A DNA stretch of 57,702 nt, filler included, from Hydrolagus affinis (GCA_012026655.1; 4 parts of 4 records of this genome joined end to end with filler, not necessarily neighbours in it); one strand, 5' to 3'. Counted from the first letter of the whole stretch, positions 24,633 through 37,605 are shown. A program made the numbers and translations. Notes: generated by a model not told the origin, from the sequence alone.

Positions 24633-25022
24633 GGAGTTTTTATTGTTTTACTCCATTGATTTGCATCAGTGGACAACAGTGGTGGTCGCGGAGTAATATT
24701 TCTGTGGTTACGATCCAGTGCGATGTTCTACAAAACCTGAATAAGCGTACGAGACACAGTCCATCTTGCAGGGTGTAGATAAATAGTTATTGTTATTTTT
24801 GTTGTTGAAGTGGATTCAATTTCATTTCAAGGTTAAATCCTACAGAGATATTGAAGGATAAGGCAGGAATGTGACACAGGAGGGTGAAATCGCAGGCAAT
24901 GTGTGAGTTCTGTCACCCGATCTACACTGACAGGCTGACACTACATTAAATAGCTAGCTCACAAGAATATCAATCAATTTGTTGGCATTTTGCTAAGAAG
25001 ATATGTGAGGATATATTTGACC

Positions 25023-25094
25023 TCCCATGTGGTCTAGCGGTTAGGATTCCTGGTTTTCACCCAGGCGGCCCGGGTTCGACTCCTGGTATGGAAA
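25023..25094 (+). tRNA. tRNA-Glu(UUC), possibly degenerate
   Basis: 72 nt, tcccatgtggtctagcggttaggattcctggttttcacccaggcggcccgggttcgactcctggtatggaaa; intact A and B boxes and TTC anticodon; one C-A mismatch in the acceptor stem. Confidence 0.88.
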
Positions 25095-25526
25095 GACACA
25101 TTTCCAGTGACTTGGGACGTGCTCCTGATGTGAATGGTGATATACAAGTGTAATTTTGTTGTGGTTATGTCAGTTTGTGAACTCAGACTGTGGCCTCTGA
25201 CTAATCAGCAGCATTTGATCATTTGTCTGGCAATTGGAGTTGAAGATCAAGATGAATTTTGATTGAAGGGCAGGAAATCAGCAAAGAACCCTTCAGATTC
25301 ATAGTGCCAATGTCAATGTTGAAATGCCAGCTATTTGATGTGCATGTGGCTCGTTGGTCCAGAGGTATGACTCTCACTTTAATATCAGCAATTATTTGGA
25401 CGAGAGTAATGTACAGGTTATGGGTGTAATAGAAACGCTCATTGAATCCACAATCAAACATTTCTTCAGCAGGTCAAGAAACCTTCACTTTCAGTGCTTC
25501 ATAGAGCAGGAGTTTACACTTTAAAG

Positions 25527-25833
25527 ATAACAACAACAACAACAACAAATTACATTTATAGAGCGCCTTTCACGTCGGGAGGACGTCCCAAGGCGCTGCA
25601 CAGGGGGAGTGTGACCCGAGCTGGGAGGGGAGTGTTTGGGCGGGGGTGAAACACGAAGGGGTGGTCGAAGAATTCGGGGTGGAACAGAAGGCACGGTCGA
25701 AGAGGAAAGTCTTCAAACCGGCCTTGAAAGAGGAAAGGGAAGAAACGAGACGGAGGGATTGAGGGATAGAATTCCATAGGGTGGGAGCGGAGAAACTAAA
25801 GGCCCGGCCTCCGATGGTGGGGCGGTTCGGGCG
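25527..25833 (-). mobile_element. Young L2-clade LINE 3' end at the contig edge
   Basis: (caa)n tail plus the conserved 3' end. Confidence 0.88.
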
Positions 25834-25933
25834 NNNNNNNNNNNNNNNNNNNNNNNNNNNNNNNNNNNNNNNNNNNNTTAATTAATTAANNNNNNNNNNN
25901 NNNNNNNNNNNNNNNNNNNNNNNNNNNNNNNNN
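25834..25933. other. Artificial contig linker / gap
   Basis: N44-TTAATTAATTAA-N44. Confidence 0.97.
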
Positions 25934-27826
25934 TTCACCTCTGTCTCCTACCACACCTCCCTCCTTACCCATCTGACACCATCAGAAATGCGTTTGTCAA
26001 CTTTCTCTGTGATGTTTTTAACATGCCCTGTTTGCTGGTTTCCCCCCAGCTACACCACCCACAACATACAGTAAATACAATCCTCCCCTTTCGGTATTTT
26101 CACCATTGTCAAACCCCCCCATCCCCATAGGGTCAGTCAGGCTCCCCTCACATTCCAGCTCAACCCTCTAGCCCCTGAGACGCTTCTCACTCTCCAGCAC
26201 AGAACAGATTGATTTTCAGAGCCGCACACTGACAGCCCCTCACTTATTTGCTCCTCATAATGTCTCCGATCAGCTGACTCCCCAATCCAATAACCGCTCT
26301 ATCCATCCTTCTACAAGCCTCTTGAACTCTTCAATTTGCCATGGACAGCCATATATTCAGACACTGAACTTGTCAATTTTGGAATTCTCTTCCTGAATCC
26401 CTCCACATTGTCCTTTGGTTGCTGTCGTCAGATCACATTTGAAAACCTTCCACTTGGACCCTAATTACATCTCCTTTACGATATCTCACTGGCTCAGCAT
26501 CAATCTCCAATACTTTAAAGCATTTATGGCTATATCGGTGTGGCGTTTTGCTGTTTTAATTGTTTTCCAGATTCATGTTGGCAGATGGCGTTGGAAAGTG
26601 AAACAGTAAAGCTACTTTTGTACAATCATTGGTTAGACAGCATCTCGAGTTCAGCATTCAATTTGAGCTCCTCTCTCCAGGAAACACATTTTGGCCATGG
26701 CGAGGAGAGGTGCAGAGTAGCTTTACATGGATGATACCAGGTTGAGGCTCTTTACTTATTGGGAAAACGCAGAGAAAATAGAGATTAGATTAAGAGGCAA
26801 TCTGATGGGAGGTGTAAACATATGAGGGATTTTGGTAGTTTCAGCAGGGAGAAGAGATTTTCACCACTGAACATTTGATGACTAAAGTCAATGTGGTAAT
26901 TCAATCAGCAGCAATGAAAAAGTAGAGGTTTGGCAATATTTTTTGCTCAGATGTTTGTTGGGATATGGAATAGTTTTCCAAATAAGATGGTAGAGACAAT
27001 GTGCATTTTGGGATGAAGAGTGAAATATATAAAGGATAGAGGATTGAAAAGTAATGATAATCATTGTATTTGGTATAACGCATTAATCATGTTTTCTAGA
27101 CATCTCAAAGCATTTCAAAGAATATATGGTAAAGTTAATGGACTTTATATTGGTAGGCGAAATTCGACAGCCAATTGTGCATTGCAGTGTCACTCAAGCT
27201 GTATGGATTGATAGCTTTTGTTGATGCTTTATTATTGCATGTGGAGTAAGAAACTTGTCGAAGGTTAGCTCTGACCAGCCTGAATCGAACCCCGATGTCT
27301 CGCTTGAGCACTTGGTGAATGCTCTAATCTCTCAGCTACAGGAATTGGATACAGAAATGGGGATAACCATGACTGTGAAGCTGAAAGACAGCGTGATCTG
27401 AGAGCTGGAGAATCAAAGGGCCATTCCATTCTGTTGGACCATCCAAGGGGCATTCCATTTTGTTGGAAATTCTGTTGTTTCCATACTACTTTTTCTGAAT
27501 TAGAATAAATGCAATCAAAATGGACACAAAACCTGCTGCTTTTATACTAAATGTGTTTTTCAGCAAAAGCACCGATTAATTATACTATCATATGATTGAG
27601 TCATATTGGTGGTAGTTGAAAGTTATAATATGGAAAGAAATCAGGAGAAAGAAAGAAATGCTATACCCACAATTACATTCCTTAAATAATTTTACTGATT
27701 GTTTAATGCAGGCTACCTTAAAACAAGGCCACAAATCCAACCTGTATGAAAGTGTCTGCTGTAGGTTTATGATATGGACGATGTCATGAGTAAAATAATT
27801 TTCCCTGTTTTCTATCGTTCACGCAG

Positions 27827-28713
27827 TTAATTTGGTGGCGATTGTGATCCTGTCAAGAGGAAACTGTGGTCTCTCTAAGTGCATCACTCTCTATCTGGTG
27901 GCCATGGCAGCCTCGGATCTCCTGATTGTCCTCGTGGATGTGCTGTTAAACAAAATTAACAACTTGTATTTCCCATTAAGTTTCTTATTTTACACTCCAG
28001 TGTGTAGTGTCAGTGTTGTCTTGAAGATTGCAGCAAACTTCATGTCTTTATGGTTCACTCTTGCTTTCAGTTTTGATCGATTTGTTGCCATTTGCTGCCA
28101 ACAGCTGAGGCCAATATATTGCACGGAGAGAATGGCCACAGTGGTTATTGTGACTCTGTCTGTTTTGAGCTGCTCAGTCAGCATTCCTTGTTACTTTATA
28201 TTTGATCCTGTGATTATAGTTAACAATAAGCCGTGGTACTGTAAATTCAAACCATACGTTTATACTTCACTCACCTGGACAGTATTTGATAGGTTTACTC
28301 GTTTTTGTAATCCACTGTTTATGTTTGCTTTGATTTGCCTGTTCAATGCTGTGGTTATCAGACACAATCTGAGGGCCAGTAAAATCCGCAGGAGGCTTCG
28401 GGGTCAGAGAAATGCTGAGAAAACAATTGATCCCGGGTTAGAAAACCGAAAAAAATCCATCAATTTACTGTTTGCCATATCAGGCACTTTTATAATTTTG
28501 TGGGTAACTCTTCTTATACATTCATTCATATGGCAAGTTTCCAATTATAATTATAACGAAACAATGGACAACAATATCCGATATATTGTCCAAGAAACTG
28601 GGATCATGCTGCAAAGTTTGAGTTCCTGTGCAAACACCTGTATATATGCATTAACTCAGACTAAGTTCAGAGAGGAGTTTAAGAAAGGGTTAGTTTATCC
28701 ATTTCTAAATTAA
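27827..28713 (+). CDS. GPR139-like GPCR gene C exon 2 (inverted, more diverged paralogue)
   Basis: Acceptor ttcacgcag; open through TM7 and helix 8; a small deletion after LVYPF truncates the C-tail. Exon 1 not found in the window. Confidence 0.75.
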
Positions 28714-29124
28714 TGATAAAACATCATCAACACAAGGTGGGAAGGAAGTTGGCTACAAACGCAGTTGAACTTCAGCAACATTGGTGACTATCTTCACAAA
28801 CAGGGAAACCTTCCAACATTACTGTAGGATCTGTAGTTAGTGTGTCAAATTAATATCAATTAAATTAACAATATACATATATTTGAGATATTTGATTGGT
28901 TGGTCACTTATGTTGGGAGATGGTACAAGTTTAGTTTTGTTGTTGTTGTTGTGACTGGCTTCACATTGATGGGAGCTGGTTGTGACTGGCTTCAAAGCAG
29001 TGTCAAAAAATTGCTTATAGATGACAAACCTTTTTTTCCATTCCTTATCGGTGTGTTTCCCTGTAAAGATGGTCTGCAGCTGGAGATATGTTATATTTGG
29101 TTTTGTAGAGGAGCCCACTTGCAA

Positions 29125-29943
29125 AATTAGCAATGTGTATTTTCCATTAAATTTCTTACCCTGCACTCCAGTGTGTAGTGTTAGAGTTGCGCTGATGATT
29201 GCAGCTGTCTTCATGTCTTTGTGGTTCACAGTTGCTTCCAGTTTTGACCGATTTGCTGCCATTTGCTGCCAAAATCTCAGGCCAATATATTGCACGGAGA
29301 GAACAGCCACAGTGTTTATTGTGAATCTGTCTGTTTTGAGCTGCTCAGTCAGCATTCCTTGTTACTTTATGTTTGATCCTGTAGTTATAGTTAACAATAC
29401 CCCGTGGTACTGTATCTTCAAACCAAACTTTTACACTTTGCTCACCTGGAAATTATACGAAAGGTTTCTCCGTGTTTTTAATACACTGTTTGTGTTTGCT
29501 TTGATTTGCTGTTCAATGCTGTGGTTATCAGACACATTCTGATGGCCAGTAATGTCCGCAGGTGGCTTCGGGGTCAGAGAAATGCTGAGAAAACAAATGA
29601 TCCTGAGTTGGAAACCCGAAAAAAATCTATTGTTTTACTGCTCGCCATATCAGGCACTTTTATAATTTTGTGGGTAACCTTTGTAATACATTCATTCATA
29701 TGGCAACTTTCCAAGTTGAATTATAGCAAAACATTTGTCAATAGCACCCGATATATTGTCCAAGAAACTGGGAACATGCTGCAAAGGTTTAGTTGCTGTG
29801 CAAACACGTGTATCTACGCATTAACTCAGACTAAGTTCAGAGAGGAGTGTAAGAAAGGGTTAGTTTATCCCTTTCATATTATTACTAAATTAATGATAAA
29901 ACATCATCAAGTTAGGAATGAAGTTGGCTACAAACGTGGTTGA
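29125..29943 (+). pseudogene. GPR139-like GPCR copy D, 5'-truncated and frameshifted
   Basis: Begins at KISNVYFPL (TM1-TM2 missing), fused to intergenic sequence; 1-nt deletion near 29505 splits ORFs 29021-29542 and 29506-29943. Confidence 0.85.
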
Positions 29944-30864
29944 ACTTCATTAACATTGATGAATATCTTTACAAACAGGGAAACCTTCCAGCATTACTGT
30001 AGGATCTGTAGTTAATGTCTCAATTACATTAACAATATACATATATTTGAGATATGTGATTGGTTGGTCACTTATTTTGGGAGATGGTACCCGTTTAATT
30101 TTGTTGTTGTTGTTGTGGCTGGCTTCACATTCATGGCAGCTGGTTGTGACTGGCTTCAAAGCAGTGTCAAAAAATTGCTTATCGGTGACAAACCTTTTTT
30201 TCCATTCCTTATCGGTGTGTTTCCCATGAAGAGGTGGTCTGCAGCTGGAGAGACAGCTATGTTATATTTGGTTGTGTAGAGGAACCTTCTTGCAGAAGAA
30301 ACTGGGTGAAAATTTCACCTAATGAACATAAAAGGGGGGATTAGTTGGAGGAAGAAAGAAAAGAAGATGGTGGAAATTGGAGTTGCCATATTGCAGCTTC
30401 TGCAGAAGGAAAAATCATGACAAAAGCTTAAACAACTGTCAACACCTTCACCGATGCTCTAATACTATACAACAATACCGCTGTACTGGGATATTGTTTT
30501 GCTGATCGAAAGGGCTGCTGTGCAGCAGCACCTGAATACCTTTTGGTGGACATTATATCGGACATAAATTGGACACTAATCCTCCATCTCTTTGGCAACA
30601 TCGGTTTAGTCAACTTAAATCATTGTGAGCTGTGTGTCAATATGAAAACATTGTTGTGATGTATACTTATAATTAGTTATCAATATTACTAATCTGAATT
30701 AACATTCATGTGTTTGTTGTACAATACTTGTGTCAGTTCGAACTTCACCGGGGGAGGGGGAGGAAGTGGGTGGGGGGGTGGGGGGTGTCACAAGACTAAA
30801 TAAACTCTCACATTATGAACATACATCACTGTTTCCTTCCAAGTACAGTAACAGTGCAAACAAG

Positions 30865-31900
30865 ATGAAACTTATAGAGCGCCTTTCATGTTGGGAGGAC
30901 ATCCCAAGGCATTGAACAGTCAGCATTGGGGACGTGAGCACAGGGCAGGGGTGGGATAGAAGCGAGACGAGGAAGAGAATTGGGAGCACAGCTAGTGCTA
31001 CAGTTGAACTGGAGGGTCTTGAGACCGGCCTTGAAGGATGCAAGAGAGGAAGCAAACTGAATGGTCTGCGGATTCGTGTTCCACAGTGTTGGAGCAGAGC
31101 AGCTGAAAGCCTGGCCACTTATGGGAGCACTGGTCGAGTGGGAGACATGTGCAGACAGGAGCTGGCTGAATGTAGCGAGTGGGCAGATTGGTTGGGACTA
31201 GGGAGTCAGCAGTTTGGAGTGATAGGAGTGGGCAAAGCCATGGATGGCCTTAAAAGCCAGGATGATGATCTTGAATTCTATCCTTTGGTGGATGGGGAGT
31301 CAATGAGCCATGTGAGTGTGGGAGTGATGGGGCTGTAGAGCTTAGTGCAGGAGAGGACACAGGCTGCAGGGTTTGGATCATCTACAGCTTGTGAAGAGTT
31401 TTGAAAGCCGACAAAGTGGGAGGTTACAAACATTGATCTGACAAATGCACGGTTGAGGATTTCGGCAGTCTGTGGGGTGTGGCAGTGATAGACATGGGCA
31501 ATGAGGCAGTGCTGGTTATGGCATGGAAGTGGGGGAGAAAGGAGGGTTCACACTCAAATAAGACACCCGGGTTCCTGACTGGCTTCGTGAGGTGGAGTGT
31601 GCAGCTGTGGATGATGATGCTGCCAGGGACTGAGGTGTGACGGTGCTCATGTGAGCTAATCAGGAGGGACTGAGACTTGGTGACGTTGAGTTGGAGAAAG
31701 TTGTCCAAAATCCAGTACTTGATGTGGGACAGGCAGTCAGTCATTGATAGTGGAGGCGCAGAGGTAGACATGGTAGTGAAACATATACATGTTAAAATTT
31801 ACACAATATCTGCAGAAGACATAACTGAGGGGGAGCATAAACAGGGTGAAGAGATGGAGACTGAGGACAGAGCCCCAAGGAACACCGCACAGTTCAGTTT
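30865..31900 (-). mobile_element. L2-clade LINE, decayed
   Basis: GVPWGSVLSLHLFTLFM and NFLQLNVTKS motifs; 3' tail near 30870. Confidence 0.85.
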
Positions 31901-34134
31901 TATCAGTAAAGTATAAACTCCTACTCCATGACACATTAAAAGAGAAGATTTCTTGACTTCGTGAAGGAATGTGTGATTCTGGATTCATTGAGTTTTTCCA
32001 CCACAGGCATGATATGTATGTTGCTAGAATCCAAATCATTGCTGATATTTTACAACAACACACTTACATGTATTACATTTCAAGTGAAGGGGATGTCCCA
32101 AGGTACAAAACAGTGGGGATTCGACCCAAGTTTTTGGGGTGGGGAGTATATTTATTGGGAAGAAATTTATCTGTCGTATATGTATAACTACTGAGGAAGA
32201 AATAAAATTTATTGAATTCTGATGAACCTCTAATTTGGAAAAAGTACGTGAGCTGTCCATGATTTGCCCATCCTCACCAACTCTTTGGCTGGACAGAGAA
32301 TAATATTCTAAGTCACACATGATCATGAGTGAGATGTCCACCAGTCTCTGTGAGGACGATGAAGTCTCCATTCTCTACAGGGCTCGGGCTGCCACAGTCA
32401 AAAGCTGCCAAATATTCATTATGGTGGTGTACAATAAAATACACATAACTCAACACTATCTTAACTTGTTGGGTCCAGCAGCTCAGTAGTTAGAGCACTC
32501 ACCGAGCAAGTGAGAGGACTTGGCTTCAACTCCTAGGCAGGGCTAAACTTTGGACAATTTTTGTAACTCCAAACTCCTCTGTTTATCCAGCAATGAGAAG
32601 TAACCAGTATGTTAATCGACTACTAGATCGCTTTACTGAGATAATAATGCCTTCAAAAAACAACCTCTCCTCCTTCATCCGTATCCTCAAATCTCACTCT
32701 CTACCAGTCCTCCAGTCCCTCCTTCAAATTTCTCCTAGTCTTCCCCAACTTTCCTCTCTGACATCTCCACTCTCCTGTCAGCTCTTTCCCTCTGTTCTGA
32801 ACGTCTCCTCAACCTAGGTGAATTCAACCTCCACTTTAGCCCTTCCTGCCCCTACTTCCAGTGACTTACCTCCCTCCTTACCTCCCTTAATCTATCCCTC
32901 CACTTCCACTCTACAGCCCACACCCACGGCCAACTGATGAACCTGGTGAACACCCGGGTCCTCACCGACTCAGACATCACCATCCCTGACAAAGCAACTT
33001 GAGAACTGTAGTGTCAATATTTAAAGTATGTACCTGATTTCACAGGAGAGTTCGTAAAACACAATAATATAATATCTACACAATGATACCATGTACATCA
33101 GCTCAGTCACCTTCCGACATTAAATTGTTGTTGTGTTTCATGTGATTTTGACACTCAATATTCAGGAAGCGTAATCCTCCTGTGGTTATATATGTTGCGG
33201 GACTATATTCTGAGGTTTCAAATAGTACATATTCAGGTTCTGTAGATATTATGTACTATTTGGCAAAGCGTTTGTATGGGCCAAACATTAAGTCATGGTG
33301 TATTAAATGGACCGTTACCATTAAAACCCCAGTATCGATAGATGAGCTTGTTGTACAAAATGTGGAAAGTTGGGTGACAGATGTAGGTTACAGGCATTTC
33401 TAATTGACAAGCAACAAGTAGGTGGTCAGCTGTGAATGGGCGTCGGTTCAGCAGAGACTTTTAAATGGAGAACTGAAAGACATAGTTGTAAGTACACAAG
33501 CCATGTAAATTCCCTTAACATAAATTTGTATTCATCTTTGACTTTTATCTAGTCATTGATGAGTCTTGACTCTGACTTCTATTGACAGTTTATTTCCACA
33601 AATGCTAAGATTTTTTGTATCATTACCGAATGTTGGAATTTCTGCTGCAGAATTGCTTCAATTATGGAATTTTCTCCCCCATTTTAATCATCATTTCTAA
33701 AACTATAACCTATAATCATTTAATTCCTGTACAGTTTCACATTCCTACTTGTCTATGTGGAATTCGCCTTACACTGGGCACATTTCCTTACTCCAAATGC
33801 TTAATTATATTCCCTCAAAAAAATAATAATAATTGGCCATTTCAATTCACGACTATTTGTGGGACACTACTGTGTGCAACTGGCTGCTGTATTTTGCCCA
33901 CAAATATACAGTCAATTCACTTTTATTTCAGCAACTTGGGACACCATCCTGACGTGAAAGGCACTATACACGTGTAATTTTGCTGTTTTGTTGTTTTCAA
34001 TCCACAATTTTGGTGCTTGAGTCGATAGAGGGGATTGTTTCCCCAGCAGAAAGTCCACAGCGTTCAATTCCTCAGCACAATGTAAACTGTACAAGCGGAT
34101 GACTGATTGATTCTCTCTCCTTGACTGTCTCTCA

Positions 34135-34620
34135 CCTGTAGCTAACCTAGTGTTCATTGTGATCCTGTCTCGAGGGAAATGTGGTTTCTCCAAATGCATC
34201 TCTCGCTATCTGGTCTCTATGTCAGTGGCTGACCTGATGGTCAGAATCACATCGGTGATTTCCAGTCATGTTCTTCCTATTTACTTCCTATTTCCATTCA
34301 CACAATAATTCGTGTATGGCTGCTGCTGGTGATAATAGATTCTGCCACAAGAGATATTTCTGTCTGGCTAACTGTGGTTTTTACCTGTGATCGATATATC
34401 GGCATCTGTTGCCATAAACTTAGAACTAGATATAGCACTGAACAATAAACAATAAGCTGTGTGCGTGTATTCCCAAACCAAGTTATCACAGCTCTCTCCC
34501 TTGGATAGTGATAGACATGATCACCATTTCTCTAACCCCATTTAACCCCATTTCTCCCATTTGTTCTCATCTTGCTGCTCAATGCCCTGACTGTCAGCCA
34601 TATGTTTGTTGTGTACAATT
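34135..34620 (+). pseudogene. Decayed GPR139-like GPCR fragment, cassette copy 2
   Basis: ANLVFIVILSRGKCGFSKCISRYLVSMSVADLMVRI...TCDRYIGICCHKLRTRYSTEQ*. Confidence 0.8.
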
Positions 34621-34809
34621 GATATTAATATTGGAACAGACATTTATCTCAGCCATGATGTGGACAGTTCTGCCTTATTGACTTTTCCATTTTGGTTTTT
34701 CCAATAAAGACCCCCCTTTAGATAGACCCTCTCCTTCAATGTTGAGTGTTTTGAATGATGTGGGAGTGACAATCTCCAATTGTTCTGTACCTTGGAACAC
34801 AAAACCAAC

Positions 34810-35112
34810 CTGGCAGAGGGATTTCCACGTCTTGCCAGCTGCTGCTTTTAACTTTACAATGGATGTTGCTGTTGTCCATCTGAGATGCAGTGATTGTTAA
34901 CTGGCTGCTCAGAGTGTAGAGATAGTTCTTGTTGAGCACTGAAGGATAATTCTTGACTTGGTCAGTGATGGGATGTCCATTTGATGTCCAGCTGAAGGTG
35001 GCCGGCTCGAGGATGTAGTTGGTGGCCAGACACCCGAAAGTCCCTGAGCTTCCAGAAATGGATGTTCCACAGGATGGTAGAAGGGCATAAATAGTGGGAG
35101 GACTAGGGACAG
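34810..35112 (-). CDS. Solitary immunoglobulin heavy chain CH1 (IgM-type C1) exon, copy 2
   Basis: 303-nt phase 1-1 open exon (tttctag / gttggt); VPSPPTIYALLPSCGTSISGSSGTFGCLATNYILEPATFSWTSNGHPITDQVKNYPSVLNKNYLYTLSSQLTITASQMDNSNIHCKVKSSSWQDVEIPLP. Both domain Cys, the Trp and the N-terminal Cys are retained. Confidence 0.85.
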
Positions 35113-35503
35113 CTAGAAACCGAGAGCGAAGCTACATTCCAGTTTCTTCAATTTGGTCAAACACACAGATAAACTGATATAAAATGGTGACACAAATCAA
35201 CACAGGTAGGCATGTATATGCATGTGTGTGTGTGTGTGTATGTGTTTAGTTGTGAATTTATGAGTGTTTGTACGTGTGTATCTATGTAGTTAGGCAGGCA
35301 GCTAGGTAGGTACATACGTACATATGTATTTATATGTTTGTATGTTTAAGCACTCTGAGATGCAGTCCGGTGTGGAGGGCGCTATATACATCAAAGTTGT
35401 TGTTGTTTTTTAATGTGTGTTTGTGTGTAGATATGATTGCTTGTATATATGTATATGTGTGTAGATATGAATCCTTGTATGTATGTATATATGTGTAGAT
35501 ATG

Positions 35504-36206
35504 CACTGTCATACCTTGTTGGGTCCTGTAGCTTAGTGGTTAGAGCACTCACCCAGCAAGTCAGAGGACTTGGCTTCAATTGCCGGGTAGGGCAAACTCC
35601 TGGAAAATAATATATTATTGCAAACAAGACACAATGTTAAAAATAATGTGGTCTCTGAAACTCGAATGCCTGTAATTGGCTGCCAAATTGCACTCACAAA
35701 ACACACAGTCAATTCACACAGGTGATGGGGGCTTGGAGAGAAACCGTCGGTGGTGACAAAGTGTAGACGATGAGAGAGTTAGGAGTTGAACCAGCTGAGG
35801 GCCAAGTCCGCGGAGATTGAGGAGATGGAGAAGCGGCCTAACTAATACACAAATGGAAGGGGTTGTATTATTGACAGCAAGATGACTTGAGTAGTAGTGA
35901 CAATAATAATAATACTCCTTGCATGTGATAGACCACCTGATCGTGTCTTCTAGACTTCCTCGAGTGCTTCATAGAATACGCTCACAGAATAAGTGAAGTG
36001 ACTGTGTCTTTTGTGAGTGAAATTTGGCAGCCAATTACAGGCATTCGGGTTTCAGAGACCACATTATTTTTAACATTGTGTCTTGTTTGCAATAGTATAT
36101 TATTTTCCAGGAGTTTGCCCTACCCGTCAATTGAAGCCAAGTCCTCTGACTTGCTAGGTGAGTGCTCTAACCACTAAGCTACAGGACCCAACAAGGTAAG
36201 ACAGTG
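35504..36206. repeat. ~214-bp near-perfect inverted repeat (35504-35717 / 35993-36206), SINE plus flank
   Basis: The arms match in rc through the SINE and into non-SINE flank (cactgtcataccttgttgggtcc vs ggacccaacaaggtaagacagtg). Confidence 0.88.
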
Positions 36207-37605
36207 TTGAGTTATGTGTATTTTAGTGTGTAATACCATGATGAATGTTTGGCAGAGTTTGACTGTGGCAGCCCGAGCCCGATAGAGAATAGACACTTCA
36301 TCTTCCTCACAGAGACTGGTGGGAAATCTCACATCATGTTCACTTGTGATGCAAAGTATTATTCTCTATCCAGCTCAGGAACTGGTGAGGATGGGCAAAT
36401 CATGGACGGCTCATGTACTGGTTCCTCTTAGATGTTCATCAGAGTTCAATTTATTTATTTTAGTCATTGTACATATACTGCAGATAAATTGCTTCCCAAT
36501 AAATGTATTCCCCACCCCCAAAGCTTAGGTCGAGTTCCCCACTGTTTAGTCCTTGGGAAGTCTCCCTGATATGAAATGTAGTAAATGTAAGTGTTGTTGG
36601 ATAATATCAGCAATTATTTGAAATATAATACATGTAAGTGTGTTGTTGTAAAATATCAGTAATGTACAGATTATGGGTGTAATGGAAACGCTCATTGAAT
36701 CCAGAATCAAACATTCCTTCAAAAGGTCAAGAAAGCTTCACTTTCAATGTTTCATGGAGCAGTAGTTTACACTTTACAGATAGTTACTATGTTTGGAAGG
36801 AAACTGTGCATTATTGATATCTGCTCGTAATATAAGTGTTTATCTAATATCATGAACCTCCAGTAAAGTACGGTCTGACACAAATATTGTACAAAAAATA
36901 TAAATACTTATTAATTCAGATGAGTAATATTTATAGTAATATTTATATGTAAATAAATGAATACATCACAACAAAGCTTACATTTTGATGCACAGCTCAC
37001 AACAGTTGACCTTGGCCAAACCAATGTGCCAAACAGAAGGAGGAGTAATTTCCAATTTATGTTTAATTTCATGTCCACGAAAGGTATACAGGTGCTGCTG
37101 CACAGCTGCCCGTTCGATCAGCGAAATGATACCCAGGTACTGCAGTAATGTCGTGCAATAATTCATCTAGAATTTTCTTTCTTAGGAAGTGGAATATGGT
37201 GACTCCAAGTTCCACCATCTTCTTTTTTCTCCCTCGTCTTTGTTCTTCACGTCGATCCCTCTTTTTACGTGCTTTTTTTTGCAACTTTTAAACCTACTTT
37301 CTTCTGCAAGAAGGCTTCTCTGTAAAATCAAAGTTACACAGCTGTCTCTCCAGCTGCTGACTATCTCTCCATGAGACAGACAATGATAAGTATTAAGAAA
37401 ACTGTTTGTTATCTACAATGTGTCTAGAATCATCTTATCTACATCTTTTTGCCCCTACTGCGAAGCCAACTACAGTCAGCTCCCATCATAAGCAATCGAT
37501 CACATGTCTCAAATATATATTGATAATGTAATGGATATATTAATTTGACACAATAACTACAGATCGTACAGTAATGTTGGAAGGTTTCACTGTTTGTGAA
37601 GATAT

